From: the human T2T-CHM13v2.0 reference genome, Homo sapiens
Assembly (NCBI RefSeq): GCF_009914755.1
Contig: NC_060929.1
Length of the DNA stretch: 64,000 nucleotides
Direction: 5' to 3' (one strand)
The notes under the pieces were generated by a model. It had not been told where the DNA came from. It searched no databases and saw nothing but the letters and a program-made list of their open reading frames with translations. Every line of letters starts with the position of its first letter. Positions within the stretch are counted from its first letter, which is position 1. This document shows, in pieces, positions 31,038 to 44,158 of the stretch. A program made the position numbers and the translations under genes.

Positions 31038-31539
31038 AATCTCATGTCAGTAAGCTGGCTAGTCTATTGCTAAAGAAGGAAGCTCAATAGACAAGTTTTG
31101 GGTGTCTGCTTAATCTATTACAGTTTTCTCTAAGTTCCTGCTATCCACAGATATGGGCCCAAGAAGTTGTGTCTTTTCTGTGTTCCATTACCTTGTCAAC
31201 ACCAATGGTCATGGCTGGTTGGCTTTTCTTATGGTTAGGCCAATCGGTTTTTTTCCTCAATCTAAAATTTGAAATTAAAAATCAGAGATACTAAAAAGAC
31301 TGCTTGCTATTTGAAGAGAAAAGATTTAAACTGATTTTATCCTGTCATTCTTGGCTACATAGGCTCAAGAATAGCAGAAGTTTGCCTTGAGAGTGAGAAA
31401 GTGAAAAAGAAGAGGAAGAAGGAGGGAATTGTGGGTGAAAGAAATTAAGTAGATAAACAGAAGCAGCAATAGAGAATAATATGATACTAAAAAGAAGGAA
31501 ACCAAAAAAGCACTCTCTTAATATGGCACCTGAAATCCT

Positions 31540-33140
31540 ATCTTAGTTTCTGCTGCTAGGAAACCTGCCTAAGAGAGTTGGTACTAGGAGTGGGCTTAGG
31601 AGCAGCTGGCTGAGATGGAATTTTGGAGTTGGATCACCCACCAGCCATTTGGCAATGAGGATACTGTCACTGATGGCAGATGGAGTGGTGGTAGATCTAG
31701 CATGAGGTTGCAGTGCACTTGGAGAGTGAAGACCTTCACCTGTGATGACCCAGTACAGGACACAGCTTGGATGAGTGCACTGACTCATGCAATACCTCTA
31801 GCATATTATATGAAAGATGTAGGGAAATACTAATTATAATGATTATGTTGTGCTGACCATCATTGAAGCTTTGCAGAGGTACAAGCTCAGAATAAATAAC
31901 CAATTCAAAGTAAAGCTTGAGGATCAGAGATCCTCCTAGGCAGCATTTAGAGATTCTCACGACCTGAACTAGAGAGTAGGGGAACTGAGGACCATGCAGA
32001 TAATGTAACTGGGGGACTGGCAGAATTTCGGAGAAAGCTGATAGTCTCAGTGTGGCACTTCACCCATGCCAAGTAAGGGCATGATAGAGAAAAATTGTGA
32101 CCTTGGGATTGGGATGAGGATATCTGCATAGATGTACTTGAGCAACTTGAAGTGTAAGATTCTCTGATTTCTCTGGGCCTGCAGAAGCCTTCCATTTTCC
32201 TTTGTTGGAGATAGAGCCCCAGCTGCTCACTTACACCCTTTGTTGGAGGCAGTGGAGAAAACTCAAATGAGGCAGGTTCCTTATAAGATAATGCTGATCT
32301 GACTTCACCTCCCTCCTGGTTGCCAGACTGACAATGAAGGGCAGATGGTAACAAGTTCTGGGCCTGCTGAGGTGCAAGAAGAACTCTGTGCCAGAGAAGC
32401 ATGGAACCTGGCTATCACAGACTAAGTGGAGTTGGCAGAGCCCGACTTAGATGGATTCTTGGGGCAAAGGGTCAGTAAACTAGATAATGGAGCCAGTTTT
32501 GAATTAGGGACTCTCTCATATCATACGATTTAACACCTTGGTGGGGGGTTGGGGGGCACTGGGAGATGGCCCTGATATATTTCTGGGATGAGAGTTGGAG
32601 GCTTAGATAAAATGGTGGACCATATTAAATAGCATAGAGATTCCAGAACTGCCCTGGCAGACAGTGGAGGAAGGCCTCGGAAGCCTCTGAGAACTGGTAT
32701 GCTTGGATGAGTCTACTATACAAGAATAGAAAACCCACCAGCTGACTATATCCTTGGGGCAGGGGTGCTGAGTGCACCCTGTTTACCAAGGTGATAAAAA
32801 GGTATTGGTAAGGGCAGTACCTGCAATCACAGGATGGGTGAGAAGCTCAGTGGAGGCTGTACTCTGTATGTGGGGCTGATGATAGGAGACACTGGTACAG
32901 AACTGAGATCCTAGAAGCAGTTGATATAATAAGATAACAGATTATTAGAAGCCAGAGGCAACACTTAGCATCAGGAGCAAGGTGAGCTTAATTATTCTAA
33001 TGGTCAGTGAGACTGGAATGGCAACCTAAGGGACTAACCTGTGAAGATCTATGATGCTGTCTATTAAAGCTCTCCCTCCATAAGTCATGTGCCCCCAGAC
33101 CTTTATTTCAGGCTTATATCTAGGGGACCCAACATAAGAT
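31540..33140 (+). mobile_element. Ancient ERVL-class provirus remnant: LTR end, PBS, decayed gag
   Basis: LTR end 'ggaaacctgcctaagaga' followed by PBS-like 'gttggtactaggagtggg'. Gag-like peptides WDWDEDICID (~32104) and EIPELPWQTVEEG (~32637). Second LTR-end 'ggggacccaacataagata' near 33140. Confidence 0.7.
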
Positions 33141-33553
33141 AACCTCGTTTCCAGCCCACAGGCTTTGGACTCTCCTGTCTAAGCCTTAGTCATTCTGAAA
33201 GAATAGGAGAGAAATCTTCTTATTCCGAATTTTAAATCCGAGCCCCTCCAGGAAGTTGCCAGGCAGGAATGGCAGCAGCTGGTCTGTATCCTGTCATTAC
33301 AGAGCCAAAGCAGACGTCTTTCCTCAGCCCAAAATGATGGCCCTGAAAATGCAGACTGCGCAACTTGGCGTGGGAGCAGGCGGTGCTGTCCTGGGGTTGC
33401 CAGATGGTGTGCACTCACATGGACATAGCATGTGTGCTCTGCCGGATGGACGAGGCTGAGACCCATGAGTCAGATAGTAAGTGAGCGGTCCAGTTTGGTC
33501 ACAAAGATGAATCTCAATAAAATAATTATATACTTTGATAATTGATGTGTGTG

Positions 33554-33854
<301 letters not shown>

Positions 33855-33889
33855 GACCTGTGGCTTTTTGGTCTGCTTTCTCATTGGAT

Positions 33890-34345
33890 CCTGTATTAAA
33901 ACAAGGTATTTTTGGTTATATATGAGAGAAACAAAACTTGAATTAAGCTCAGTCCAAGAAGGGAATTTATTAACTTACACAATTCAAGGAAGGGTTGAAT
34001 AAGCACACCACGAGAAAGGCAGATAAGCAACTGCCCTGCAGGAACAAACAGATCCAGGAACTCAAATGCCAGCAAGTCTTTCCTCCCGATTCTCGAAATT
34101 CCCTTTTTGGTGAAGTCAGGTTCACTCTATCTCACTGCAGACTTGTTCTCTCCTTAAGGAGCAACAGAATGGTATCAATAGCTTCTGAGTTTACTATCTC
34201 TGTGGCTTCAATCTCCAGAAAGAAAATGCCCAGTCTTTCTTTGGCCCAACATATAAACATTTTGGGAATGGAGCTACTTAGTATGTCTTGAGTTGGTTGC
34301 TTACTCAGAGATTAATCAACTGTAGCCTGAGAGGTAGGAGCATGT
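33890..34345 (-). mobile_element. Old MaLR LTR remnant (MLT1-like)
   Basis: 'agagaaacaaaacttgaattaagctcagtccaagaagggaatttattaacttacac' resembles an antisense MLT1 3' end; highly diverged. Confidence 0.4.
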
Positions 34346-34719
34346 TCAAACATGACATTTTCTAAGGAGAAGGGTCAATGCTTGGTCAACCAAACCTCTA
34401 TACCTCCACAGGTTTCCACAATAAAGCCTTAGGCAATCCTGAGTGGAAGGCGAGAGGCCACTCCCTGTCAAAGGCACTGGAAGTAAAGATAGAAAACATA
34501 GTGCAGGCCTCCACGAGAGCATGTTGGTATGAGGGAAAGTGCTCAAAACTTAAAATCAAAGGCAACAAAAGTTCAAGTAGTAGTTATCTCATTAACTGTC
34601 TGAACAGAAATGGGTCATTGCATCTCTCTATGTGACTTCAATGTAAAATAGAAGGAGTCACTGTCCTGTTTACCTATGATTATGGAAGTCAAATGATAAT
34701 TTTAAAAGGTAAGATGGAA

Positions 34720-34980
34720 TAGTGGAGTCAGCTCTATAGACAGACAAATCCACGTTAAAAACTTAATCCAGGTTAAGAAGCTAGAAAACTTATTTCTACC
34801 TATGTAATTTTAGATAAGATTCTCAACTGTTCTGAGTCTGTTTATTCATCAGTAAAATGAGAATGATTATATAAATCTACTTTATTGGGTCATTCTAAGA
34901 ATTAAATGAGATAACATATCCAAAGAAATATAATACTGCAGTAAGTACTCAGTAAATGTTAGCAACCATTATTATAACAA
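34720..34980 (+). mobile_element. MIR
   Basis: 'ttctgagtctgtttattcatcagtaaaatgagaatgatt...gaattaaatgagataacat...tactcagtaaatgttagc'. Confidence 0.7.
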
Positions 34981-35010
34981 TACTAATAACCATAATCTCC
35001 TGGTAGCCTG

Positions 35011-35102
35011 TGAGTTCATTGAATGTTGGGATTATATTTTATGCATGTTTATTTATTGAGTTCATTGGATATTGGAATTAGGTTTTATGCATGTTTATTT
35101 AT
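35011..35102. repeat. 46-bp tandem duplication
   Basis: tgagttcattg.at.ttgg.atta..ttttatgcatgtttatttat x2. Confidence 0.85.
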
Positions 35103-36235
35103 TACTCTAAAGTAATACCAGCATAGGGCTTGCCATGTTGTTCAAACTTAATATGTATTTTCTGAATCTTAATATCATGATAGGCCATCATCCATTTTTA
35201 AGCCCATTACACATTCATTCAGAAAATAAGTATTGAGTTTGAACACATGCATGTACAAATATGCACATGCACATACACATAAACACACAGTTACATTATT
35301 GTTCTACCCCTGGCATGACCACATTGGAAACTGTTCATTTATCTGATCTATTGTTCAACATTTAGGTCATTATGATTATGGGAAACTTGACTGAATTTAC
35401 ATATCCTATCAAAATGCATTAAGCAAAATAACGTGCAATAAACAACACAATTATCTAGTGCCTTCACATCTGAAAACTTATGTTAGGCCAATATATTTGA
35501 AGCTTGTATTACTTAGACACCTATTTCAGCTCCACCCTTCATTTCATTCAGCGTACATAAATACATGCTTTCTAAGGATTTTGGAAATAACTATTTTCCT
35601 TTCCTTTATCTTTTCTGCTTTTTCTGGGTCCGTTGGGCAGGTTTTCCTAGAATAGAGGAGAAAAGAAACACATGTTAATTTTGTTCGCCTGGGGAAGGTG
35701 CTGGAAATGTGTCTTCTGAGGCACACCTGCTCATTCCTAGCCCTGGCTCTGGGCCACACCTTCCCTAGACTGCTTCATTTCTGGGGAAGTAGCCATGGCT
35801 TTTCAATCCCACCTGGAGTGAGGTCTGAAAGGCTCATTTTAGTTTCTGATGTTGGATTGAAAGGCTCACTTATCTTCTTTCACTGGAAGGGCCTTTAAAA
35901 AGGCCTGGCCTCAATAGACTGGATTCCCAGGATAGGGTTCTATACAGCCCTGGAGGCAGACAAAGAATAAGAGCTGCTGTAAGAAAAGAAAAGCAAGGCA
36001 TTCATTATTTACCTATTTGTAACTGTGCCCCTCTTTGTTTACAAAGCTGTGGCAATATTTGTGTTGAATCACTTAGAGCAGAGAAGTGCTTTTATCACAG
36101 TTTCGAAAGAGACAAAACACAGTTCTCAATTCCTCGTTTTCTTATTCTTTTTTGCCCCATCCCCCCACCCACCCCATAACAAGGGCTAAAAGTAACACCA
36201 CTTGCATGCACCTTGGAGCTGAGGTGTTCCAAATT

Positions 36236-36780
36236 ATCTTAGCCTGAGTTTCCCAAAAAGCAGAGCCTAGGTAAAGGCTTATGAGGTATTATTTTCAGAA
36301 GAGAATGTAATTCTAGTAAGCCTGAGAAAAGAAGAAGGGGTGTACAGCAGGGAAGGAGTGAGAACTAATGTGCCAGTATGAACACATGTTATCAACACAG
36401 CAGTCACTTGGTATCAAGTGGAACTGATAGCGCCATCTCGGAGGCTGTCTTCAGAGAAGCTCATGGACTTGTTCTCAGGGCAGTTCGTACAATGAAAGAA
36501 GGAAGATATTTATCTGGTCTCCCCAGATTCCCGTGGGTTCAAAGTTTCACTCCTCTAGGACGTTAATTCCCTTAAAGTTCCCAGCAGCATCTGTCACTTC
36601 AGCATCCCAGTGCACTGAGGACACAGGTGAGTAGTGCACAGAGCGTACACAGGTTATGATGCTGCTGGCTTGTGTTTATGGGAAGTCGGGTCCAGTTTGT
36701 CAGAGACAGCTGGGACGGGACAAGGGGCCAGAGTCTGATGAAGCCAAAAACATCTGAAGCAGCACATAAGAGGTCTTTGG
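36236..36780 (-). mobile_element. ERVL-type LTR remnant (LTR16/LTR33-like)
   Basis: 'tcttagcctgagtttcccaaaaagcagagcctaggtaaaggctt' is the reverse complement of a typical ERVL LTR 3' end. Confidence 0.5.
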
Positions 36781-36805
36781 CATCCGAGTTAATTTACAAG
36801 GAGAC

Positions 36806-37075
36806 TTTTTTTTTTGACACCCAGGCTGGACTGCAGTGATCTCTGCTCACCACAACCTTCACTTCCTAGGTTCAAGCAATTCTCCTGCCTCAGCCTCCTG
36901 AGTAGCTGGGATTACAGGTGCCTGCCACCACACCCAGCTAATTTTTTCTATTATTATTAGAGATAGGGTTTCAGCATGTTGATCAGGCTGCTCTCAAACT
37001 CCTGACCTAAAGTAATCCGCCTGCCTTGGCCTCCCAAAGTGCTGGGATTACAGGCGTGAGCCACCGCGCATGGCC
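36806..37075 (-). mobile_element. AluS with short deletions near its 3' end
   Basis: Alu body ends ...gtgagccaccgcgcatggcc. Confidence 0.9.
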
Positions 37076-37129
37076 TGAGGCATTTTTCTTAAATGGAAAC
37101 TGTCATTAGCATATGTCCACTTGGGGGGC

Positions 37130-37360
37130 AATCTTGCACAGAGGTTAAAAGACTGGACTTTGAGTCCAGTAAAGGAGGTTTTTAACCTAGTTCTGCCATT
37201 TCATGACTATGTGACTTTGGGCCACAGATTTCTTACCTGTAAAATGAGGCTAAGAAAAGGACCTGCTTTACAGGCTTTACTTAAATAAAGCAGCTCATGT
37301 GCAGCATTTAACACAGCATCTAATCTCTAATCAGCACTCAAAGTTTGATAGGTAATATCA
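37130..37360 (+). mobile_element. MIR
   Basis: 'gaggttaaaagactggactttgagtc...gtgactttgggc...ttacctgtaaaatgagg'. Confidence 0.65.
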
Positions 37361-40300
37361 CTATTTTCTCCATTTCTGGGGATTATGTTACATTTCTGTG
37401 GGAATTAGATTTTATTTATAAAGCCGTTAAATAAATTTTCTGCCAAATATCCACAAGTTATTCTACCATAACCGATTCTTTCTGTGTTATAGATGAGACA
37501 CTAAAATGCAAGAGGACAAATGAGGTTGTCAGAAGAGTAAAGATAAACATGACCACTAACACAGTTTCAGCAGTAGAGTGAAGGGGAAGGGATCTGTATT
37601 TTTTAAATTCCCAGGTTATTGTGATAGTGCCCATTCACAAACCAACACTCAGAAACTACTTTTAGAGGTCGTTGCTACCTTTAACTACAAGCCTTGACAT
37701 GCTTATCACTCGTAACACTGGGATTTGTGAGCTTTTGGGTAGCATCTTTCTTTTATGACCTCTGTAAAGCAAATCATAAACATATATACACACACACATT
37801 CTCACACATAGATTTTTGGAGGGACTAGGCAGAGGGTACGAGAGAAATAATTTAAGTGTCATGAACTACATGAATTTAATTAGTACAGGAATGTATACTA
37901 AGAGGAACTGAGGGGTTTCCGCAACTCTCCCACACATTCTTAGGAACTACAATTTGTAGTTTCTTATGTGGACTCAGCTCCCAGTTATCCTTCAGGGAGG
38001 TTGTCTGCTTTGTGAATTATGACTGCCAGGTTTATCTCCATGGCCAGCATGCTAGGCCGGCTGGCTTGCCGCCCCCACTGTGGAAAGCATGTGTTTATTC
38101 AGGAAACAGTCGTTTAGTTTTAACATTGGCCTCAGCAAACCTATTTATGAAGGTAAATCCAGGGCTGCTGCAGAACCAAATTCCAGCTTGAACACCTTCC
38201 AAAACCAAGCTGAAATGGCTTTTGGATTATCCACAGTGGTGGATTATTCACACCACTGCTCTCCTATTAACAAAGCCTTTATTCATAATTCACCAACCAG
38301 ACAAGTCCCAAAACTGAACGAGCACTGTTGCAAGTCCATTGCATGCAACTCAGAACATGTTACCCTGTAAGCTGTATGAGGAACTGTGGTTAGACCCTAG
38401 GTCTGTGGTTCTCAAAGTGTGGTCCCTGTCCAACGGCAGCAGCAGACACATAGCTGGGATCTTAGAAGTGCAAGATCATTCACTTTTTGTATAATTAGAT
38501 GTGCATAATGAAAAAAAAAAGATTGTAACATATGAAATGAACTGCCTTGTGATATGGCATGTGTCCAACAACTAGAAATATTTAAGTATAGATGAGATAA
38601 CATGTCGGAGGCTCATAGAAGAGATTCTTGTTTTAGATGAGGCATTGAATAAGAAGGCTGCTAATAATATTGCTTCTGATGCTAACATTCTGTGCTCCTA
38701 CCAGCAAGAAGTGAGTGGTCAGAGTATCTCATCTTTGTGTTTTAATTTGGATCTCATGGATGGCCAATGCACCCACACTATTACTCATTACTTCCAGACC
38801 AGTGTGAATCTTTTCCTGAGTTTTGCTGCAATATCTGCATTTGCTTCCAAGTAAGTATTTGGGAAACCATTTTCCAAATTGATCTTATCTGTAACCAGAA
38901 TTTCTGAGGTTTCTAAAGACTCTAACAGCATAATAAAAGTCAAACAAATGAGCCCGTGTTTGGGATGAGATAAAAATGTTTGGGCAGTACGATTTACCTG
39001 ATTCATAAAAACACTTTATTTTTATCACTGGAAGGTTATCTTTATTGACATGATTCACCAAATTTTAGTACAAATTGTTATTGTCATTGATAATAATAAG
39101 GGAATAACTTTTGTGCAGTCCTTTTTGGAGGACACAAAGTACATCTACATACATGAGCACGTTTTGTTCTTGTAGTGACCCCGTGAGCATTTATTACCAT
39201 GTTTACCCATGTTTTACAAAAGAAGAGCCTGGTGTTAGAGAGTTCAGTGAGTTATCTAGGATTACTCTGCTACTAGTGATGTAGGAGGAGAAACGTAGTA
39301 GTCCAGGCCCTGACTTTATAAGTCCATATTCTTTCCCTTAGTCCTTATATCAATGGTTCTTAAATGGTTTTGCCTCAGGATCTCAATTATTGAGGACCCC
39401 AAAGATATTTTATTGATAAAATTTGTCTCTATAGACATTCACTGTATTAAAATTTAAAACTGATAAAATTTAAAAATATGATGTCATTTCATTTAAAATA
39501 ATATTAGTAAACAAATTACATTGTAATATAAAGAGTGTGTATTTGCATTTCCATATTAAAACATATTTTTTCGAGACAAAAAATAGAACAGTTTTTTTGA
39601 CATCTTAAAATCTCTCTTTAATATTTGGCTTAATAGAAGATTTTTGTATTTTCTTTTGCATTCTGCCTGTTGCAATTGATATTTTGGTTGATGTGTATAA
39701 AAAATGTTGACTCACAAAGATATGTGGTTTGAAATAGTTGTATATTTTAATGCCTTTTACAGATAATTGTAGATATTTTGTTGATACTACACCAAAACTC
39801 AAGTGATAGATTCTCAAATATCAGTTGTAATATTGAATGTGCATCCTTTTTAATGAACATTTTGTACTTTGTTACATTAAAATACATTAATTTATTTTGT
39901 ACATTTAATGAAGATTTTCCCCATATACTATTTTATGACATTATGCTCTGTTCATTTGGAAAATATTAATTCACTGAGTTACAAAGATTTTCTATTCGTC
40001 ACATTTTATTATATAGTATCAAAAATCACATTTGTTAATAGTATCACCAATATTTTCAGAAAAGTCTTTATGTATTGAGAAGCTGTCAAGTTCATGATTG
40101 CAGCTACAAGGTTTGCAAAATTCTCATTTTTCGGTTCAAATGTTATCTTTAACACCAAATGTTGTTTCTTTGAAGTGATAGGCTCACTTTATTATTCTCA
40201 AGAATATATCTTCATGTCAAATTTCCAAGTCTGAACAAACAGAATTTATATTTTATACAATACCCCCCACAAAAATCAGTTGCTTTAGCTTGCAGCTCAA

Positions 40301-42392
40301 ACACGCACAAATCTTTCTCCTCAAGACAACCATCATCCATTGGTAGCAGCAGTGGTACTTCATGCCTCTTGCATAAATTTCAATTCAGCATATTGTCACG
40401 CAAAATATTAAAATGGTACGTATTCAAGATCAAGATTTAATAAACTTGACTTATACTGCTTCTACAATGAGATCATTTAGTGAAATTGTTTTTAAATGCA
40501 AGTGCACAGTAGTGAAAAATACAGTGGAAAACTACAAATGCAGTTTGGAGTCACTTATCTTTTTTTTCTTTTTTATTATACTTTAAGTTCTGGGATACAT
40601 GTGCAGATCATGCAGGTTTGTTACATAGGTATACACGTGCCATGGTGGTTTGCTGCACCCATCAACCTGTCATCTATATTTGGTATTTCTCCTAATGCTA
40701 TCCCTCCCCTAGCCCCCATCCCACGACAGGCCCCGGTGTGTGATGATCCTTTCCCTGTGTCCATGTGTTCTCATTGTTCAAGTCCCACTTATGAGTGAGA
40801 ACATGTGGGGTTTGGTTTTCTGTTCCTGTGTTAGTCTGCTGAGAATGATGGTTCCTAGCTTCATCCATGTCCTTGCAGAGGACATGAACTCATCCGTTTT
40901 TATGGCTGCATAGTATTCCATGTTGTATATGTACCACATTTTCTTTATCCAGTCTATCATTGATGGGCATTTGGGTTGGTTCCAAGTCTTTGCTATTGTG
41001 AATAGTGCTGCAATAAACATACGTGTGCATGTGTCTTTATGGTAGAATGATTTATAATCCTTTGGGTATATACCCAGTAATGGGGTTGCTGGGTCAAGTG
41101 GTATTTCTGGTTCTAGATCCTTGAGGAATTGCCACACTGTTCTCCACAATAGTTGAATTTACACTCCCACCAACAGTGTAAAAGTCTTCCTATTTCTCCA
41201 CATCCTCTTTAGCATCTGTTGTTTCCTGACTTTTTAATTATCGTCATTCTAACTGGCATGGGATGGTGTCTCACTGTGGTTTTAATTTGCATTTCTCTAA
41301 TGACTAGTAATAATGAGCTTTTTTTCAAATGTTTGTTGGCCGCATTAATGTCTTCTTTTGAGAAGTGTCTGTTCATATCCTTCAACCACTTTTTGATGGG
41401 ATTGTTTGTTTTTTTCTTGTAAATTTGTTTAAGTCCCTTGTAGATTCTGAATATTAGCCCTGTGTCAGATGGATAGATTGCAAAAATTCCCTCCCATTCT
41501 ATAGGTTGCCTGTTCATTATGATGATAGTTTCTTTTGCTGTGCAGAAGCTCTTTAGTTTAATTAGATCCTATTTGTCAATTTTGGCATTTGTTGCCATTG
41601 CTTTTGATGTTTTACTCATTAAGTCTTTGCTCATGCTTATGTTATGAATGGTATTGCCTAAGGTTTTTTTAGGGTTTTTATGGTTTTATGTCTTATGTTT
41701 AAATCTTTAATTCATCTTGAGTTAATTTTTGTATAAGGTGTAAAGAAGGGGTTCAGTTTCAGTTTTCTACATGTGGCTAGCCAATTTTCCCAACACCATT
41801 TATTAAATAGGGAATCCTTTCCCCATTTCTTGTTTTTGTCAGGTTTGTCAAAGATCAGATGGTTGAAGATGTATGGTGTTATTTCTGTGGCCTCTGTTCT
41901 GTTCCATTGGTCTGTATTTCTGTTTTGGTACCAGTATCATGCTGTTTTGGTTACTGTAGCCCTGTAGCCTTGTAGTATAGTTTGAAGTCAGGTAGCGTGA
42001 TGCCTCCAGCTTTGTTCTTTTTGCTTAGGATTGTCTTGCTATATGGGCTCTTTTTGGTTCCATATGAAATTTAAAGTAATTTTTTCTAATTCTGTGAAGA
42101 AAGTCAATGGTAGCTTGATGGGGATAGCATTAAATCTATAAATTACTTTGGGCAGTATGGCCATTTTGATAATATTGATTCTTCCTATCCATAAGAATGG
42201 AATGTTTTTCCATTTGTTTGTGTCCTCTCTTATTTCCTTGAGTAGTGGTTTGTAGTTCTCCTTGAAGAAGTCCTTTACATCCCTTGTAAGTTGTATTCCC
42301 AAGTATTTTATTCTCTTTGTAGCAGTTGTGAATGGAAGTTCACTGATGATTTGGCTCTCTGTTTTTCTATTATGGGTGTATAGAAATGCTCA

Positions 42393-42497
<105 letters not shown>

Positions 42498-43889
42498 TCA
42501 TCTGCAAACAGAGACAATTTGACTTCCTCTCTTCCTATTTGAATACTCTTTATTTTTCCTCTTGCCTGATTGCCCTGGCTAGAACTTCTAATACTATGTT
42601 GAATAGGAGTAGTGAGAGAGGGCATCCTTGTCTTGTGCCGGTTTTCAAAGGGAATGCTTCCAGCTTTTGACCATTCAGTATGATATTGGCTGTGGGTTTG
42701 TCATAAATAGCTCTTACTATTTTGAGATACATTCCAACAATACCTAGTTTATTGAGAGTTTTTAGCATGAAGGGGTGTTGAATTTTATCAAAGATCCTTT
42801 CTGCATCTATTGAGATAATCATGTGGTTCTTGTCATTGGTTCTGTTTATGTGATGGATTATGTTTATTGATTTGCATATGTTGAACCTGCCTGCATCCGA
42901 AGGATGAAACCAACTTGATCATGGTAGATGAGCTTTTTCATGTGCTGCTGGATTCGGTTTGACAGTATTTTATTGAGGATTTTTGCATCAATGTTCATCA
43001 GGGATATTGGCCTGAAAGTTTCTTTTTTTTTGTTGTGTCTCTGCCAGGTTTTGGTATCAGGATGATGCTGGCCTCACAAAATGAGTGAGGGAGGATTCCC
43101 TCTTTTTCTATTGTTTGGAATAGTTTTAGAAGGAATGGTCCCAGCTCCTCTTTGTACCTCTGGTAGAATTTGGCTGTGAATCCATCTGGTCCTGAACTTT
43201 TTTTGGTTGGTAGGCTATTAATTACCGCCTCAATTTCAGAACTTGTTATTGGTCTATTCAGGGATTCGACTTCTTCCTCATTTAGTCTTGGGAGGGTGTA
43301 TGTGTCCAGGAATTTATCCATTTCTTCTAGGTTTTCTACTTTATTTGCGTAGAGGTGTTTGTAGTATTCTCTGATTATAGCCTATATTTCTGTGGGATCA
43401 GTGGTGATCTCCCCTTTATCATTTTTTATTGTGTCTATTTGATTCTTCTCTCTTTTCTTATTTATTAGTCTGGCTAGTGGGCTATCTATTTTGTCAATTT
43501 TTTCAAAAAACCAGCTCTTGGATTCACTGATTTTTTTGAAGGGTTGTTCACGCCTCTATCTCCTTCAGTTCTGCTCTGATCTTAGTTATTTCTTGTCTTC
43601 TGCTAGCTTTTGAATTTGTTTGCTCTTGCTTCTCTAGTTCTTTTAATTGTGATGTTAGGGTGTCAATTTTAGATCTTTCCTCCTTTCTCCTGTGGGCATT
43701 TAGTGCTGTTAATTTCCCTCTAAACAATGTTTCAGCTGTGTCCCAGAGATTCTGGTACATTGTGTCTTTGTTCTCATCAGTTTCAAAGAACTTATTTATT
43801 TCTACCTTAATTTCATTATTTACCCCATAGTCATTCAGGAGTAGGTTGTTCAGTTTCCATGTACTTGTTTGGTTTTGAGTGAGTTTCTT

Positions 43890-44158
43890 TTTTTTTTTCT
43901 TTTTGTTTGAGACAAAGTTTCATTCTTGTCACCCAGGCTGGAGTGCAATGGCACAATCTCTGCTCACTGCAAACTCTGCTTCCTGGGTTCAAGTGATTAT
44001 CCTGCCTCAGCCTCCTGAGTAGCTGGGATTACAGGTGCCCACCACCATGGCTGGCTAATTATTGTATTTTTAGTAGAGATGGGTTTTTGCCATGTTGGCC
44101 AGGCTTGTCTTGAACTCCTGGCCTCAAGTGATCCACCTGCCTCATCCTCCCAAAGTGC
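43890..44158 (-). mobile_element. AluS, 5'-truncated, inserted in L1 ORF2
   Basis: TSD TTGAGTGAGTTTCTT at 43875-43889 and 44159-44173. Confidence 0.93.

Noticed and set aside
31947-32402. 151-aa minus-strand ORF
   Set aside because: Antisense to the decayed ERVL gag; no recognisable homology.
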